IMG/VR virus record: IMGVR_UViG_2873737359_000001
Coordinates: 1 to 64,000 of that record
Length of the DNA: 64,000 bases
DNA from: a virus
Taxonomy: Duplodnaviria > Caudoviricetes
Strand: one strand, 5' to 3'
Shown here: piece after piece, positions 1 to 9,648 of the stretch
How the letters are laid out: every line of letters begins with the position of its first letter
How positions within the stretch are numbered: position 1 is the stretch's first letter
The notes under the pieces: model-generated
Databases searched by the model: none
What the model was told of the DNA's origin: nothing
Seen by the model: only the letters and a program-made list of their open reading frames with translations
Program-made: the position numbers and the translations under genes

Positions 1-1962
1 TCACTGCTTTCCCACAAGATTCAGAAAATCTTCTTCTGAAAGGATCGGGATTCCCAGTTCCCTGGCTTTTTTGTTCTTGGATGAACTGGACTGGATATCA
101 TTGTTGATCAGATAATTTGTCTTCTTGGTCACAGACCCCGTCACTTTGCCACCCAGAGACTCGATGAGTTCTTTGGCTTCACTTCGATTTCCGAAATGTA
201 CCAGGCTTCCCGTGATCACAAAATTCATTCCCGCAAAAATCTGTTCCTGCTTCGGTCCTTCATCCTGAATATGCAAAAAGCTCATAAGATGATCCAGACG
301 ACGGTTATTCTCTTCATCCTGGAAATAGGAAACCAGATTTCCGGCGATCACAGGTCCGATCGTATCAATTTCACTGATCTCTTCCAGGCTGGCATGACGG
401 ATCTTTTCAAGATCATTATTAAAATAGCGGCAGATCACTTTTGCATTGGCAAGTCCAATATTTGCGATTCCAAGGCTGTAGATCACTCTCGGAAGCGTTG
501 TTTCTTTCGCCCGTTCAAGGCTTTCTATAAGATTATCATAGGATTTCTGTCCAAATCCTTCCATCTCTACAATTTCATCCCGGTATCGGCTGATCTCAAA
601 AATATCACCAAAATCGTGAATAAAACCACGGGCGATAAATTTCTCCAGTGTCGCTTCTGAAAGTCCGTCGATATTCATTGCATCTCTGCTGGTAAAAAGG
701 CCAAAAGACTTGATTTTTTTGGCTGGGCACCCCGGATTAACGCAAAAAAGACATTCCACATCATTTTCTTTCTTCACAACAGTTTCCTGTCCACACGCCG
801 GACAGATATGCGGAACCGGTGCATTACCACTTCCTGTCAGATTCTCCGCGATCTGTGGAATGATCATATTCGCCTTGTATACACGGATCGTATCCCCGAT
901 TCCAAGTTTCAGCTCTTTCATAATGCTGATATTATGCACACTGGCCCTGCTTACCGTCGTGCCTTCCAGTTCTACCGGTTCAAAAACAGCTACCGGATTG
1001 ATCAGGCCTGTTCTGGACGGGCTCCACTCAATTTCCAGAAGTTTCGTATCACGCATCTCATCTGCCCATTTAAATGCCATGGCATTTCTGGGAAATTTAG
1101 CTGTAGTTCCAAGAGATTCTCCATAGGCAATATTGTCATACAGAGCCACCAGTCCATCTGATGGAAAATCATTCTTCGTAACTGCTTCCGCAAAATAATC
1201 CATAGCTTCATCCAGAGTATCTGCTGTAACTTTACGGTACTCTACCACATCAAATCCCTGGGCATTCAGCCACTGAAACTGCACTTCTCTGGAATTCTGG
1301 AAATCCACACCCTCTGCACTCACCAGAGAGAATGCATAAAACCGTACATTCCTCTTTGCCGTAATCTCATTATTCAGCTGACGCACGGAACCACTGCAGA
1401 GATTTCTGGGATTTTTGTATTTGGCATCTGCATCACCGATCGTTTCATTGATCTTCTCAAAATCGGAATACGTAATGATCGCTTCTCCGCGAAGTACCAA
1501 TCTTCCTCTGAACGAAATCTTAAGCGGAATATTTTTGAAAACTCTTGCATTGTTGGTAATGACCTCTCCCACAATACCATTTCCTCTGGTAACTGCCTTT
1601 ACCAGCTCTCCGTTTTCGTAGGTGAGCACTATCGTAAGTCCATCCAGTTTCCACGAAAGAAGCGTTGGATGTTCTCCGACAAACTCCCGCAGTGCTTCCC
1701 GATCCTTTGTTTTATCCAGAGAAAGCATCGGTCTCTCATGTTCTTCCTTGGGAAGCTGATCTACCGCTTCATAGCCGACATTAACGGTCGGACTGTCTGC
1801 CAGAACGATTCCTGTCTCTTCTTCCAGTGCGCTCAGTTCGTCGTACAGAGCATCGTACTCCACGTTTGGCATGATCTCCCTGTCTTCCTGATAGTACGCC
1901 CTGGACGCTTCCCGGAGCTTTTTTCCCAGCTCTTTCATTCTTTTTATGGATGTTTCGTTCAT
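1..1962 (-). CDS. ligA: Host NAD-dependent DNA ligase
   Basis: KLDG adenylation motif, NPRN, Zn finger (CPAC..C....C), HhH repeats, C-terminal BRCT; start moved to ATG 1962 (MNETSIK) behind GGAGG. Confidence 0.97.
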   Translation of the reverse strand: MNETSIKRMKELGKKLREASRAYYQEDREIMPNVEYDALYDELSALEEETGIVLADSPTVNVGYEAVDQLPKEEHERPMLSLDKTKDREALREFVGEHPTLLSWKLDGLTIVLTYENGELVKAVTRGNGIVGEVITNNARVFKNIPLKISFRGRLVLRGEAIITYSDFEKINETIGDADAKYKNPRNLCSGSVRQLNNEITAKRNVRFYAFSLVSAEGVDFQNSREVQFQWLNAQGFDVVEYRKVTADTLDEAMDYFAEAVTKNDFPSDGLVALYDNIAYGESLGTTAKFPRNAMAFKWADEMRDTKLLEIEWSPSRTGLINPVAVFEPVELEGTTVSRASVHNISIMKELKLGIGDTIRVYKANMIIPQIAENLTGSGNAPVPHICPACGQETVVKKENDVECLFCVNPGCPAKKIKSFGLFTSRDAMNIDGLSEATLEKFIARGFIHDFGDIFEISRYRDEIVEMEGFGQKSYDNLIESLERAKETTLPRVIYSLGIANIGLANAKVICRYFNNDLEKIRHASLEEISEIDTIGPVIAGNLVSYFQDEENNRRLDHLMSFLHIQDEGPKQEQIFAGMNFVITGSLVHFGNRSEAKELIESLGGKVTGSVTKKTNYLINNDIQSSSSKNKKARELGIPILSEEDFLNLVGKQ

Positions 1963-2698
1963 GGCCTTCCTCCGTCTTTCTTTCTGTTTTTGCGGAGGAA
2001 AGCATTTCCTCCAGCTGTTTTCTCTCTTCCGGCCTGATCTCACGGTATTTCCCCGCTTCCAGCCCGTCAATATGCAGGTTCATGATCCGAACTCTTTTTA
2101 ATGTTGTGACTTTATATCCAAAATATTCACACATACGTCGGATCTGACGGTTCAGTCCCTGCGTAAGAATAATCCTGAAGCTGTTCTTTCCGGTTTTTAT
2201 GACTTTACAGGGACGTGTAACTGTGCCCAGGATCGGCACTCCACTGCTCATTCCCTGTATAAACGCTTCTGTTACCGGTTTATTCACTGTTACACAATAT
2301 TCTTTCTCGTGATAATTTCCCGCTTTCATGATACGGTTCACGAGATCTCCCTGATTGGTCAGAAGAAGCAAGCCTTCTGACTCTTTATCCAGACGTCCTA
2401 CAGGATAGATCCTCACCGGATAGTTCAGATATTCTGTCACTGTCATTTCATTGCGCTGCTGTTTGGTACTGCAGACGATCCCTCTTGGTTTATGAAAAAG
2501 AAGCAGAATCTTTTTTTCCTGTTTCTTTATTGGTTTCCCGTCAATGCAGATCTCCTCATCCGGAAAAATCTTTTCTCCTGTGGAAACGACTGTTCCACGA
2601 ACAGTTACCCGTCCAGCCTCCGTCAGTCTGTCTGCCTCTCTTCTTGAACAGACACCTGCATCACTTAAATATTTATTAATTCTGATTTTTTCGTCCAT
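1781..2698 (-). CDS. rRNA pseudouridine synthase (RsuA/RluB/RluF family) with S4 domain
   Basis: RINKYLS...SRREAD S4 start, GRLD catalytic motif, GLNRQIRRM; tail runs ~180 nt into ligA. Confidence 0.93.
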   Translation of the reverse strand: MDEKIRINKYLSDAGVCSRREADRLTEAGRVTVRGTVVSTGEKIFPDEEICIDGKPIKKQEKKILLLFHKPRGIVCSTKQQRNEMTVTEYLNYPVRIYPVGRLDKESEGLLLLTNQGDLVNRIMKAGNYHEKEYCVTVNKPVTEAFIQGMSSGVPILGTVTRPCKVIKTGKNSFRIILTQGLNRQIRRMCEYFGYKVTTLKRVRIMNLHIDGLEAGKYREIRPEERKQLEEMLSSAKTERKTEEGHERNIHKKNERAGKKAPGSVQGVLSGRQGDHAKRGVRCSVRRTERTGRRDRNRSGRQSDR

Positions 2699-2806
2699 TA
2701 TTCTATTATATATTTTTTCCCTGGTATTCGCAACCGGTTATTTTCCTTGTATTTTTCTGACAGGTATTGTATGATAAACAAAAATGTAACAGTCAGGAGG
2801 AAAATC

Positions 2807-3343
2807 ATGTCAGACCGTACACCTCATCTGAACCGACTGCTGATCTTTATTATTATTATTTTGTGTCTGATCTGTGGACTTCTTTTTACCCAGTCATCTG
2901 CTGGACCGTTCGGAAACAGCCATACTTCTGTAATCGCAGAAAATACAGGCGATATTGCTGTTCTTTCTTCCGACAAAGACCAGAACATTAAGCTGAATAT
3001 ATCTGGTACCGACATCTCTGTTTCACCTTCTGCCACTCCATCTCCAACCCCTGTCAAAGAACAGGATGCAGAAAATGTTTCTCCTGAAGCGGAAAGTGGA
3101 ACCTGGACAGCAGATGGAACAAACTGGAAATTTATGGTAAATGGAAAGGCCTATACAGGCTGGCTTACAGATACCGATGGCCACAGATATTATTTCAACA
3201 AAAAAGGGATCATGCAGACCGGCTGGCTTGAGACAGGCAAAAAGCGCTATTATCTGGACGAAGACGGAATCATGCAGACCGGCACCATTACGATAGACGG
3301 TCAAAAGTACACATTCGCTTCAGATGGTTCTCTGAAAAAATAA
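2807..3343 (+). CDS. Membrane-anchored protein with cell wall/choline-binding repeats
   Basis: N-terminal TM helix, GW...YY...G.MQTG repeats; AGGAGG before ATG 2807. Confidence 0.85.
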   Translation: MSDRTPHLNRLLIFIIIILCLICGLLFTQSSAGPFGNSHTSVIAENTGDIAVLSSDKDQNIKLNISGTDISVSPSATPSPTPVKEQDAENVSPEAESGTWTADGTNWKFMVNGKAYTGWLTDTDGHRYYFNKKGIMQTGWLETGKKRYYLDEDGIMQTGTITIDGQKYTFASDGSLKK

Positions 3344-3355
3344 GATCAACATGGC

Positions 3356-3392
3356 AAAAAAATGCAGGCTCTTCAAAAGAACCTGCATTTTT
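3356..3392. terminator. Bidirectional intrinsic terminator
   Basis: AAAAATGCAGG...CCTGCATTTTT between convergent genes. Confidence 0.8.
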
Positions 3393-3401
3393 ATTACATT
3401 T

Positions 3402-4322
3402 CTACTCCAACAGACTGCTGTGTACATATCCGGTCTGTCCATCATAATCGACCTGTATCCAGTCACCTTCCTGCCCCTTCTTTTCAACTTCCGTTCCTGC
3501 AGAAAAGCCACCGATAACTTCACCCTCTGGATCTGCGGAAGCACGAACATTACAATCTTCTGTGACTGTAAGCATTGTTCCTGCATCTGCAGAAACACTG
3601 GCATCATCACCCAGGCCCTGAAGAAATTCTGCCAGAGAGGAATCTCCTGCCTGTGCTGCTTCATAATCAGCCTTCACTTTCGCAATAAGATCCTGAACAT
3701 CTTTCTCTGACTCCAATTTCTTCACATATGCACTGATATCTGCGTCTTCATCAGCTCCACCCTTGATCTTCAGATTTCCGTCACTGTCAGTTTCCACATA
3801 AAACTGGCTCAGCGCCGGAACCGGAGTCTCAATTCCTGTACAGATATAGTTAAAAACCACATAGACGACATACGAACCGTCCGTTAGTCCCTTCTTTGCG
3901 TAAACATCCTGTACTTCATACCCGTCAATATAATCCCTTGAATTAATCTGTGACTCATCGGCCGGTGTAAATCCGTCCTCAATTGTCTTAAGTGTTGCAA
4001 TGTCTTTTTCCCCAAAAGCTTTATAATAGCTTTGAATCAGCTCGGTTACTTCCGTGCTGGCTTTTTCCATGGTTGTCTCCGCATTCGTATCTGTCGCGGG
4101 ACTGGCGTCTTTCTTCTCGTCTGTCTCCCCATCATTTGCCGGAGAAGAAGGATCATTTTCCTGGTTACTTTGGGCTGTTTTCTGATCTTCATTGGAATTC
4201 CCCTTCTTACCTCCAACACAGGCGCGGACGCCAAAGATCAGAACAAGCACGATCACCAGAATTGCTCCGCCTAACATAAAATAGCGAAGGTTATCTGATA
4301 ACCATTCTCTGAAATCATCCAA
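3402..4322 (-). CDS. Membrane-anchored SH3b-domain protein
   Basis: TM helix; C-terminal NVR...W..V.Y.G.TGYV SH3b signature; TTG start after AAGGAGG. Confidence 0.85.
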   Translation of the reverse strand: MDDFREWLSDNLRYFMLGGAILVIVLVLIFGVRACVGGKKGNSNEDQKTAQSNQENDPSSPANDGETDEKKDASPATDTNAETTMEKASTEVTELIQSYYKAFGEKDIATLKTIEDGFTPADESQINSRDYIDGYEVQDVYAKKGLTDGSYVVYVVFNYICTGIETPVPALSQFYVETDSDGNLKIKGGADEDADISAYVKKLESEKDVQDLIAKVKADYEAAQAGDSSLAEFLQGLGDDASVSADAGTMLTVTEDCNVRASADPEGEVIGGFSAGTEVEKKGQEGDWIQVDYDGQTGYVHSSLLE

Positions 4323-4379
4323 GTTCTTGTCCTCCTTATCATAACAACACGCCGGAACAATTCCCACTGTTCCGGGTAG

Positions 4380-4451
4380 CACACCTGAAGGGAATCGAAC
4401 CCCCGCACATGGTACCGGAAACCACTGCTCTATCCACTGAGCTACAGGTGC
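4380..4451 (-). tRNA. tRNA-Arg(CCG)
   Basis: Full cloverleaf GCACCTG...CAGGTGT-G, anticodon loop TTCCGGT, GGTTCGATTCC T arm; CCA not encoded. Confidence 0.95.
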
Positions 4452-4614
4452 ATAATTTGAAAATCAATCTCCGTAATTACTTGTAAATAGCGGAAATACT
4501 TGATTTTACAGGACTTTCAAGCCCTATGATAAGATTATATGATTGTCAAAGGTGCAATGTATAAATCTTATATTGTGTTAAGTAATCCCTTTCTGTACCC
4601 CTCAAATTTAAATG

Positions 4615-4667
4615 ATAAGGGGGAAACTTGGGTGAATATATATACGCTTTTATACATAAGGGGGAAA
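4615..4667 (+). repeat. 12-bp direct repeat ATAAGGGGGAAA, candidate integrase arm-type sites
   Basis: Copies at 4615-4626 and 4656-4667 between tRNA and integrase. Confidence 0.55.
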
Positions 4668-4672
4668 TTATA

Positions 4673-4701
4673 TTGTCCTTCCCACCTAAAAATGATATAA
4701 T
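4673..4701 (+). promoter_or_regulatory. sigmaA promoter for integrase
   Basis: TTGTCC-17 bp-TATAAT with extended TG. Confidence 0.6.
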
Positions 4702-4801
4702 GTCCTTAACACAAATAGTATATTACCACATTTGATTCAAAAAGTAAAGTTATTTCTTTTGTATAGACAATTGGACAAATATTTAGGATGGAGGAATACT
4801 C

Positions 4802-6004
4802 ATGACTGCAAGACCAAGAAGAGAAAAAGGAACCGGATCGTGGGACACTGTAACAAAAAATGGAATCACATACTATCGATATAGAAAGAAATATGATGGG
4901 ATGACTTCTCGCAAAGAATTTGTTGCTCGGACGAAGGCTGATGTAAAACATAAGATCAAAGAATATGAATCTAAGACGATGCATATAACAAATAGAGATT
5001 ATCTCAAAATGACTCTTGGAGAATGCGTCGATATTGTACTTGAATCGCTTGAATCTACCTTTAAGACCAATAATTACGCCACATTACAGTCTACAAATAG
5101 ATGCTATATAAAAACAAATAAAATAGCTGATGTACAGATGGGTTCTGTAGATCCAGTGCTCATACAGAATTACTATACAGAACTGTCAAAGAAATATTCC
5201 GAAAGCACTGTAAAGAAGACTAGGACATTATTTAATACTGTTTTTGACTATTTAGTATCTATTAATATAATGACCGCTAATCCTGCTAAAGGTATTAAGA
5301 TGCCACATAAAACAAATTATGCAGTACAGAAAAAAGAACATTCGTTCTTGTCATTAGAACAAGCTGAAAAATTTAAAGAAGCTGCATTAATGAAAGCAGA
5401 CGAGACTATAGCAGGTGTTAAGACAGGTGATTATATTTATGGAAGAAACGCAAGATTTTGTCTGATTGTATTATATACCGGAATGAGAATTGGAGAAGCT
5501 TATGCACTAACGTGGGACGATGTGAATTTTAAACGCAATGTTATCCGGATCAACAAATCTATGGAACGTATAAAGATTAATGGAAAATATCAATGGATTA
5601 CAGATACGCCTAAAAAGCCAGCTTCTATTCGAGTTATTCCGATGTCAAACATTGCAAAGGAACAATTATTATATTTAAAGATGATCTCTCCTGGTAACGC
5701 CGCAAAAGGAACAGACACTATCTTTGTGACTGATAGCAACATTCCTCCATCACAATCTTCTCTTACTAGAACGTTAAAAGCTATATTGACAAGAGCCGAA
5801 ATCAATCCTAATGGATTTGGGTTGCATGATCTGCGACATTCGTTTGGTTCTATGCTATTGGAAAAAGGTTGGGAAACAAATCATCCTGTAGATATAAAAG
5901 TCATATCCGAATTACTTGGTCATGATGATGTGTCTACAACTTATAACACATATTTGCACATCATAAATAGTCATAAATCAGAGGTTGTGAATCTCTTAAT
6001 ATAA
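4802..6004 (+). CDS. int: Tyrosine integrase
   Basis: TGMRIGE, HDLRH, LGH, TY catalytic residues; N-terminal arm-binding domain. Confidence 0.95.
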   Translation: MTARPRREKGTGSWDTVTKNGITYYRYRKKYDGMTSRKEFVARTKADVKHKIKEYESKTMHITNRDYLKMTLGECVDIVLESLESTFKTNNYATLQSTNRCYIKTNKIADVQMGSVDPVLIQNYYTELSKKYSESTVKKTRTLFNTVFDYLVSINIMTANPAKGIKMPHKTNYAVQKKEHSFLSLEQAEKFKEAALMKADETIAGVKTGDYIYGRNARFCLIVLYTGMRIGEAYALTWDDVNFKRNVIRINKSMERIKINGKYQWITDTPKKPASIRVIPMSNIAKEQLLYLKMISPGNAAKGTDTIFVTDSNIPPSQSSLTRTLKAILTRAEINPNGFGLHDLRHSFGSMLLEKGWETNHPVDIKVISELLGHDDVSTTYNTYLHIINSHKSEVVNLLI

Positions 6005-6011
6005 CAAATTA

Positions 6012-6047
6012 GGGAGCTATATCATTACGATATAACTCCCATTTTTT
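6012..6047. terminator. Terminator between int and xis
   Basis: GGGAGCTATATC/GATATAACTCCC hairpin plus T run. Confidence 0.7.
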
Positions 6048-6049
6048 AC

Positions 6050-6262
6050 TTATAAAAATATTGTTTTACGCATATTGTCAGATAACCATTTTAGGTATTT
6101 GTTTTTTGGAATTCGATATGTATTGCCTATCTTAATTTTAGGGAAATTACTTAAATGTATTAATTGGTATGTTTTATTACGCCCAATTTTTAAATGCTTC
6201 ATGATATCTTCTGGAGTGATAAATTCATCATTAAATTTATTATTATTTACTTCACCTTCCAT
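6050..6262 (-). CDS. Excisionase-like HTH protein (start uncertain)
   Basis: ITPEDIMKHLKIGRNKTYQLI...FPKIKIG..YRIP pattern; convergent with int. Confidence 0.8.
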   Translation of the reverse strand: MEGEVNNNKFNDEFITPEDIMKHLKIGRNKTYQLIHLSNFPKIKIGNTYRIPKNKYLKWLSDNMRKTIFL

Positions 6263-6489
6263 GGCTCCAACCCCCATTCGAATTCCTGCTGCCGCTGTGG
6301 ATCATCACTATTCAAGATAAAATCTACTTCGCAAGGTAATCCCATAGACAGAACTCCGAGAATAGATTTTGCATCAATAATATATCTGCCATGTACGCAA
6401 TCAACATCACAATCTCTGAATCCATTCATGATATTAACAATGGCATTTGCCGCAGATGAATTTTCAATTCTTACTTTTATAGTTTTCAT
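6247..6489 (-). CDS. HPr-family phosphocarrier-like protein (no His15)
   Basis: GRYIIDAKSILGVLSM Ser46 signature. Confidence 0.8.
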   Translation of the reverse strand: MKTIKVRIENSSAANAIVNIMNGFRDCDVDCVHGRYIIDAKSILGVLSMGLPCEVDFILNSDDPQRQQEFEWGLEPWKVK

Positions 6490-6703
6490 ATATATATCAA
6501 CTCCTATTAATTATTTCAGATTAAGATGTTATTATGTGTTATAGAATAATACTTCTATCCGTGTATTATTCTATAGTGTGTTACGGAAACTTTGAATTTA
6601 TTTACTATCTCATTTCAAAGTTGGCCTCTTATTCTAAAAAAAACACACTTGTACTACTTATACTATACTGAAGAAATAAGAGGCTTAGATCTAAAAATTT
6701 TAG

Positions 6704-6732
6704 TTGCATTTTCTATCACACATAGTTATAAT
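6704..6732 (+). promoter_or_regulatory. sigmaA promoter for the small hydrophobic ORF
   Basis: TTGCAT-17 bp-TATAAT. Confidence 0.65.
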
Positions 6733-6825
6733 ACAGGCGTACATTGTGTTCTGTGGAACAATATGCACGCCTTTGTACTTTGAAAATTAAATAATAAGCA
6801 ATAATTTTGCAGAAAGGAGGACACT

Positions 6826-6978
6826 ATGGATGGATATAGTTTCATAATTTGTATTTTAATCATTGCGGCACTTTTTGTTATCGCAGTGCTTATTATCAGA
6901 AAACAAGACATTAAAGAGATCGACGTAAATAAATCTGATAACCAATACAAATTTCATTGTTCATTCTTTGAAAAATAG
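6826..6978 (+). CDS. 50-aa single-TM peptide, candidate type I toxin (missing from ORF track)
   Basis: AGAAAGGAGG RBS; MDGYSFIICILIIAALFVIAVLIIRKQDIKEIDVNKSDNQYKFHCSFFEK. Confidence 0.7.
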   Translation: MDGYSFIICILIIAALFVIAVLIIRKQDIKEIDVNKSDNQYKFHCSFFEK

Positions 6979-7031
6979 TGTGCTACTTCTTGGTAAATTA
7001 TGCTTTATTCATTTAGTTTTCTCCTTTATCT

Positions 7032-7069
7032 CAAACGCCAGACTCTGCTACAACAGGATCTGGCGTTTG
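7032..7069. terminator. Hairpin / probable terminator
   Basis: CAAACGCCAGA...TCTGGCGTTTG just past the dut stop. Confidence 0.6.
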
Positions 7070-7077
7070 TACCATGT

Positions 7078-7602
7078 TTATTTATCGGTACTACCGAATC
7101 CACCATTTCTTACTGCATCTGCATTGTCATCCAGAGTAATTCCATACGGAAGGAAAATACCCTGAGCGAAACCCTTTCCGGCAACAATATCCACAGGTTT
7201 ATCTCCTCTATTTACAAGCTTAATAAAGATATGTCCTTCATTATCACTATAGAAATAATCTTCATCAATCACAGGAATGGTATTACATATTCCTAACTGA
7301 TATTTAAAACCAAGTCCGCTTCTAGGAAATACCATAAGCACATATCCATCTACCATCTGGCAACGAATTCCTGTAGGAATATTAAGTGTCTGACCAGGAT
7401 GAAGTGTGTAATTAAATGGTGCATAAAAATCATATCCGGCACTACCTGCAGTTGCTCTTTTAGGAAGTTTAATATTTGAATAAATTTCTTTAAATCTTTC
7501 TTCTGATGAAGTAAAAGCATTAAATGTATGCATCCAGTCTTTCTTAAACTGCTCATAAGATACTTTTTTAAATCTTGCTACTTTCTTTGATCCTTCAATC
7601 AT
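7078..7602 (-). CDS. dut: Trimeric dUTPase
   Basis: SAGYD, PRSG, VIDEDY, AQGI, RNGGFGSTD motifs. Confidence 0.95.
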   Translation of the reverse strand: MIEGSKKVARFKKVSYEQFKKDWMHTFNAFTSSEERFKEIYSNIKLPKRATAGSAGYDFYAPFNYTLHPGQTLNIPTGIRCQMVDGYVLMVFPRSGLGFKYQLGICNTIPVIDEDYFYSDNEGHIFIKLVNRGDKPVDIVAGKGFAQGIFLPYGITLDDNADAVRNGGFGSTDK

Positions 7603-7625
7603 TTTTTATCCTCGACTTTCTCCGC

Positions 7626-7775
7626 TTATTTTAATTTTTTCATATCCGCCTCAAGCAACCTTATAACGTAATCTTTCATTGTTATGCCACGTAATGCAGC
7701 AAGCATCTTGATCTGTCTATGAAGATCTGCATCAACTTCGATGGACATTCTTACTGTCTTATCATTTTCAGTCAT
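7626..7775 (-). CDS. 49-aa ribbon-helix-helix DNA-binding protein (missing from ORF track)
   Basis: MTENDKTVRMSIEVDADLHRQIKMLAALRGITMKDYVIRLLEADMKKLK; overlaps the upstream stop. Confidence 0.75.
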   Translation of the reverse strand: MTENDKTVRMSIEVDADLHRQIKMLAALRGITMKDYVIRLLEADMKKLK

Positions 7776-8499
7776 GATTTTCTTTCTCCTTATCTTTCCT
7801 CCACTTTTCTAGTTCTTTATCAAGATACTTTATATATTTATCCCAAGTGCCAGAATAATGAATAAAATCCTTGCCTTTTAGCATAGACTTACGCATTTCT
7901 ACTTTTACATCTTTTGACCTATATTGCTTGCTCTTAGAGAGTATATTTTTAATAAACCGTCTCGTAATCTGTGGAACGATCAAGATATCCTCTTGAGCAA
8001 TATCCTTTATCAAATCTGTATACGCTGCTAAATCATCGGCAGGTATCATGTAATCAGACTTAGGAAGGTTCTTAGTTGAAAACGGTGATATGCCTGCCCC
8101 GCTTGTCTGTGGTTTAAGATATTCCGCTATCAGCTCTATATTCTTTGAATGAAATCTGAATTCTACTTCTTCATCATTCTCCATAATATATCTAATGGTT
8201 CCTTCTTTTAATAAAGCATCATAAAGTGGTTTATAATTTATACCTATAGTTGTAATATCAAAATTGCATAATCTCTGTCCTAACGCTTTAAGAATGTTGT
8301 GCCCCCGGCCAATCGAAGGAATATACGCTACCAGAACGCCATGTCCATAATGATATATCTGGCAGCCTAAAGCACATTTAATATAAACATCATCAGAATC
8401 AATTAATCCATTCCAATCTCTAGGGAAATCATTGGTATTCTGATCGATATGTGCTTTTAATCTGTATATTCCTTTATATCTCATAAGATAATTTGCCAA
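7768..8499 (-). CDS. Hypothetical phage protein
   Basis: 243-aa ORF in operon. Confidence 0.75.
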   Translation of the reverse strand: MANYLMRYKGIYRLKAHIDQNTNDFPRDWNGLIDSDDVYIKCALGCQIYHYGHGVLVAYIPSIGRGHNILKALGQRLCNFDITTIGINYKPLYDALLKEGTIRYIMENDEEVEFRFHSKNIELIAEYLKPQTSGAGISPFSTKNLPKSDYMIPADDLAAYTDLIKDIAQEDILIVPQITRRFIKNILSKSKQYRSKDVKVEMRKSMLKGKDFIHYSGTWDKYIKYLDKELEKWRKDKEKENHD

Positions 8500-8513
8500 C
8501 TACTTATGATCTC

Positions 8514-9287
8514 CTATACATACTGCATATCAGCGTAAGCATCGTCATAATATCCATCTACAAGATATTTTGGCATTAATCTTGATTTAAACAGGTTCTT
8601 TTCATGAAGCTGTTTAATCTTTTTAGCAATTTCTGGATCATCACATTTCCCAGTATAAATATATTTATCTAATACAGCATATGGGAAACCAAGATTATCT
8701 TCGTCTGTTTTACCACACAGTCCATCAATCGGAATTTTCTCAATAAATTCCTCTGGCAATCCAAGCACATATCCAATTGCTTTTACTTCTGTGACAAGCA
8801 TATATCCAATAGGACTGAAATCTCCTGCAGAGTCGCCATATCTGGTTTCATATCCGACAAATGACTCTGAATAATTGCAGGTATTTGCTACTCTGCCATT
8901 CATAGACTGTGATACAGCGTATAATGTTGACATTCTAATACGAGCCGGGAGATTCATTCTTGTCTGATCACTGATTTCAATACCAGAAGTCTCAAGTCTG
9001 GACAATACACTTTTTACCGTATCTCCAATATTTACTTCATATCTTTTAATATCAAGATAATCACAAACCTTTCTAGCCACATCAATATCAGACTGAATTC
9101 CCTGCGGCATAAGTACGCCAATAACTCTATCCTTACCAAGAGCTTCTACGCATAACGCTGCTACAATAGTAGAGTCTTTTCCACCGGAAATTCCTACGAT
9201 TGCATTGCAATCTGGCCCATTCTTTTCAAAAAAGTTTCTAATCCATGTTACGCATCTATCCTTATGTTTCTTTGCATCAAAAGCCAT
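8514..9287 (-). CDS. nadE: NH3-dependent NAD+ synthetase
   Basis: GISGGKDS PP-loop, N..ARIRM, T.N.SE..VGY.T.YGD, TDEDNLG. Confidence 0.95.
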   Translation of the reverse strand: MAFDAKKHKDRCVTWIRNFFEKNGPDCNAIVGISGGKDSTIVAALCVEALGKDRVIGVLMPQGIQSDIDVARKVCDYLDIKRYEVNIGDTVKSVLSRLETSGIEISDQTRMNLPARIRMSTLYAVSQSMNGRVANTCNYSESFVGYETRYGDSAGDFSPIGYMLVTEVKAIGYVLGLPEEFIEKIPIDGLCGKTDEDNLGFPYAVLDKYIYTGKCDDPEIAKKIKQLHEKNLFKSRLMPKYLVDGYYDDAYADMQYV

Positions 9288-9648
9288 AATTCTGTCCTCC
9301 TATAGATACAATTCGTGATTTGCTTGTACCATCATCATATTCTCTAGTGACTAATGTACCCTGTATCATTTCTCCAACTCTTCCATGATATTTACGATAC
9401 ACAGATTCGCTGTTAAATGAGTAATCAACTCCATCATATTCAACTGTAATTTCATATTCAGCAGGTTTGTTTTTCATGATCGGTCTACCGTCCGAATAAC
9501 CTGCTACTCTTATTGTTCCTGGATCATAATATTCATTAACAATTTTAACCTTTACTGGTTCTGTAGTTTCCTTAATACATTTTGTACATCCTGTTAATGT
9601 AGACAACCCAATCAATAAACTTGCTGCAACAATTCCTATCTTACGCAT
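9277..9648 (-). CDS. Putative lipoprotein
   Basis: Signal peptide ending LTGC. Confidence 0.7.
   Translation of the reverse strand: MRKIGIVAASLLIGLSTLTGCTKCIKETTEPVKVKIVNEYYDPGTIRVAGYSDGRPIMKNKPAEYEITVEYDGVDYSFNSESVYRKYHGRVGEMIQGTLVTREYDDGTSKSRIVSIGGQNYGF

Noticed and set aside
1781-1962. Functional C-terminal extension of the pseudouridine synthase overlapping ligA
   Set aside because: It looks like out-of-frame run-on into ligA after the catalytic domain ends; no evidence of function.
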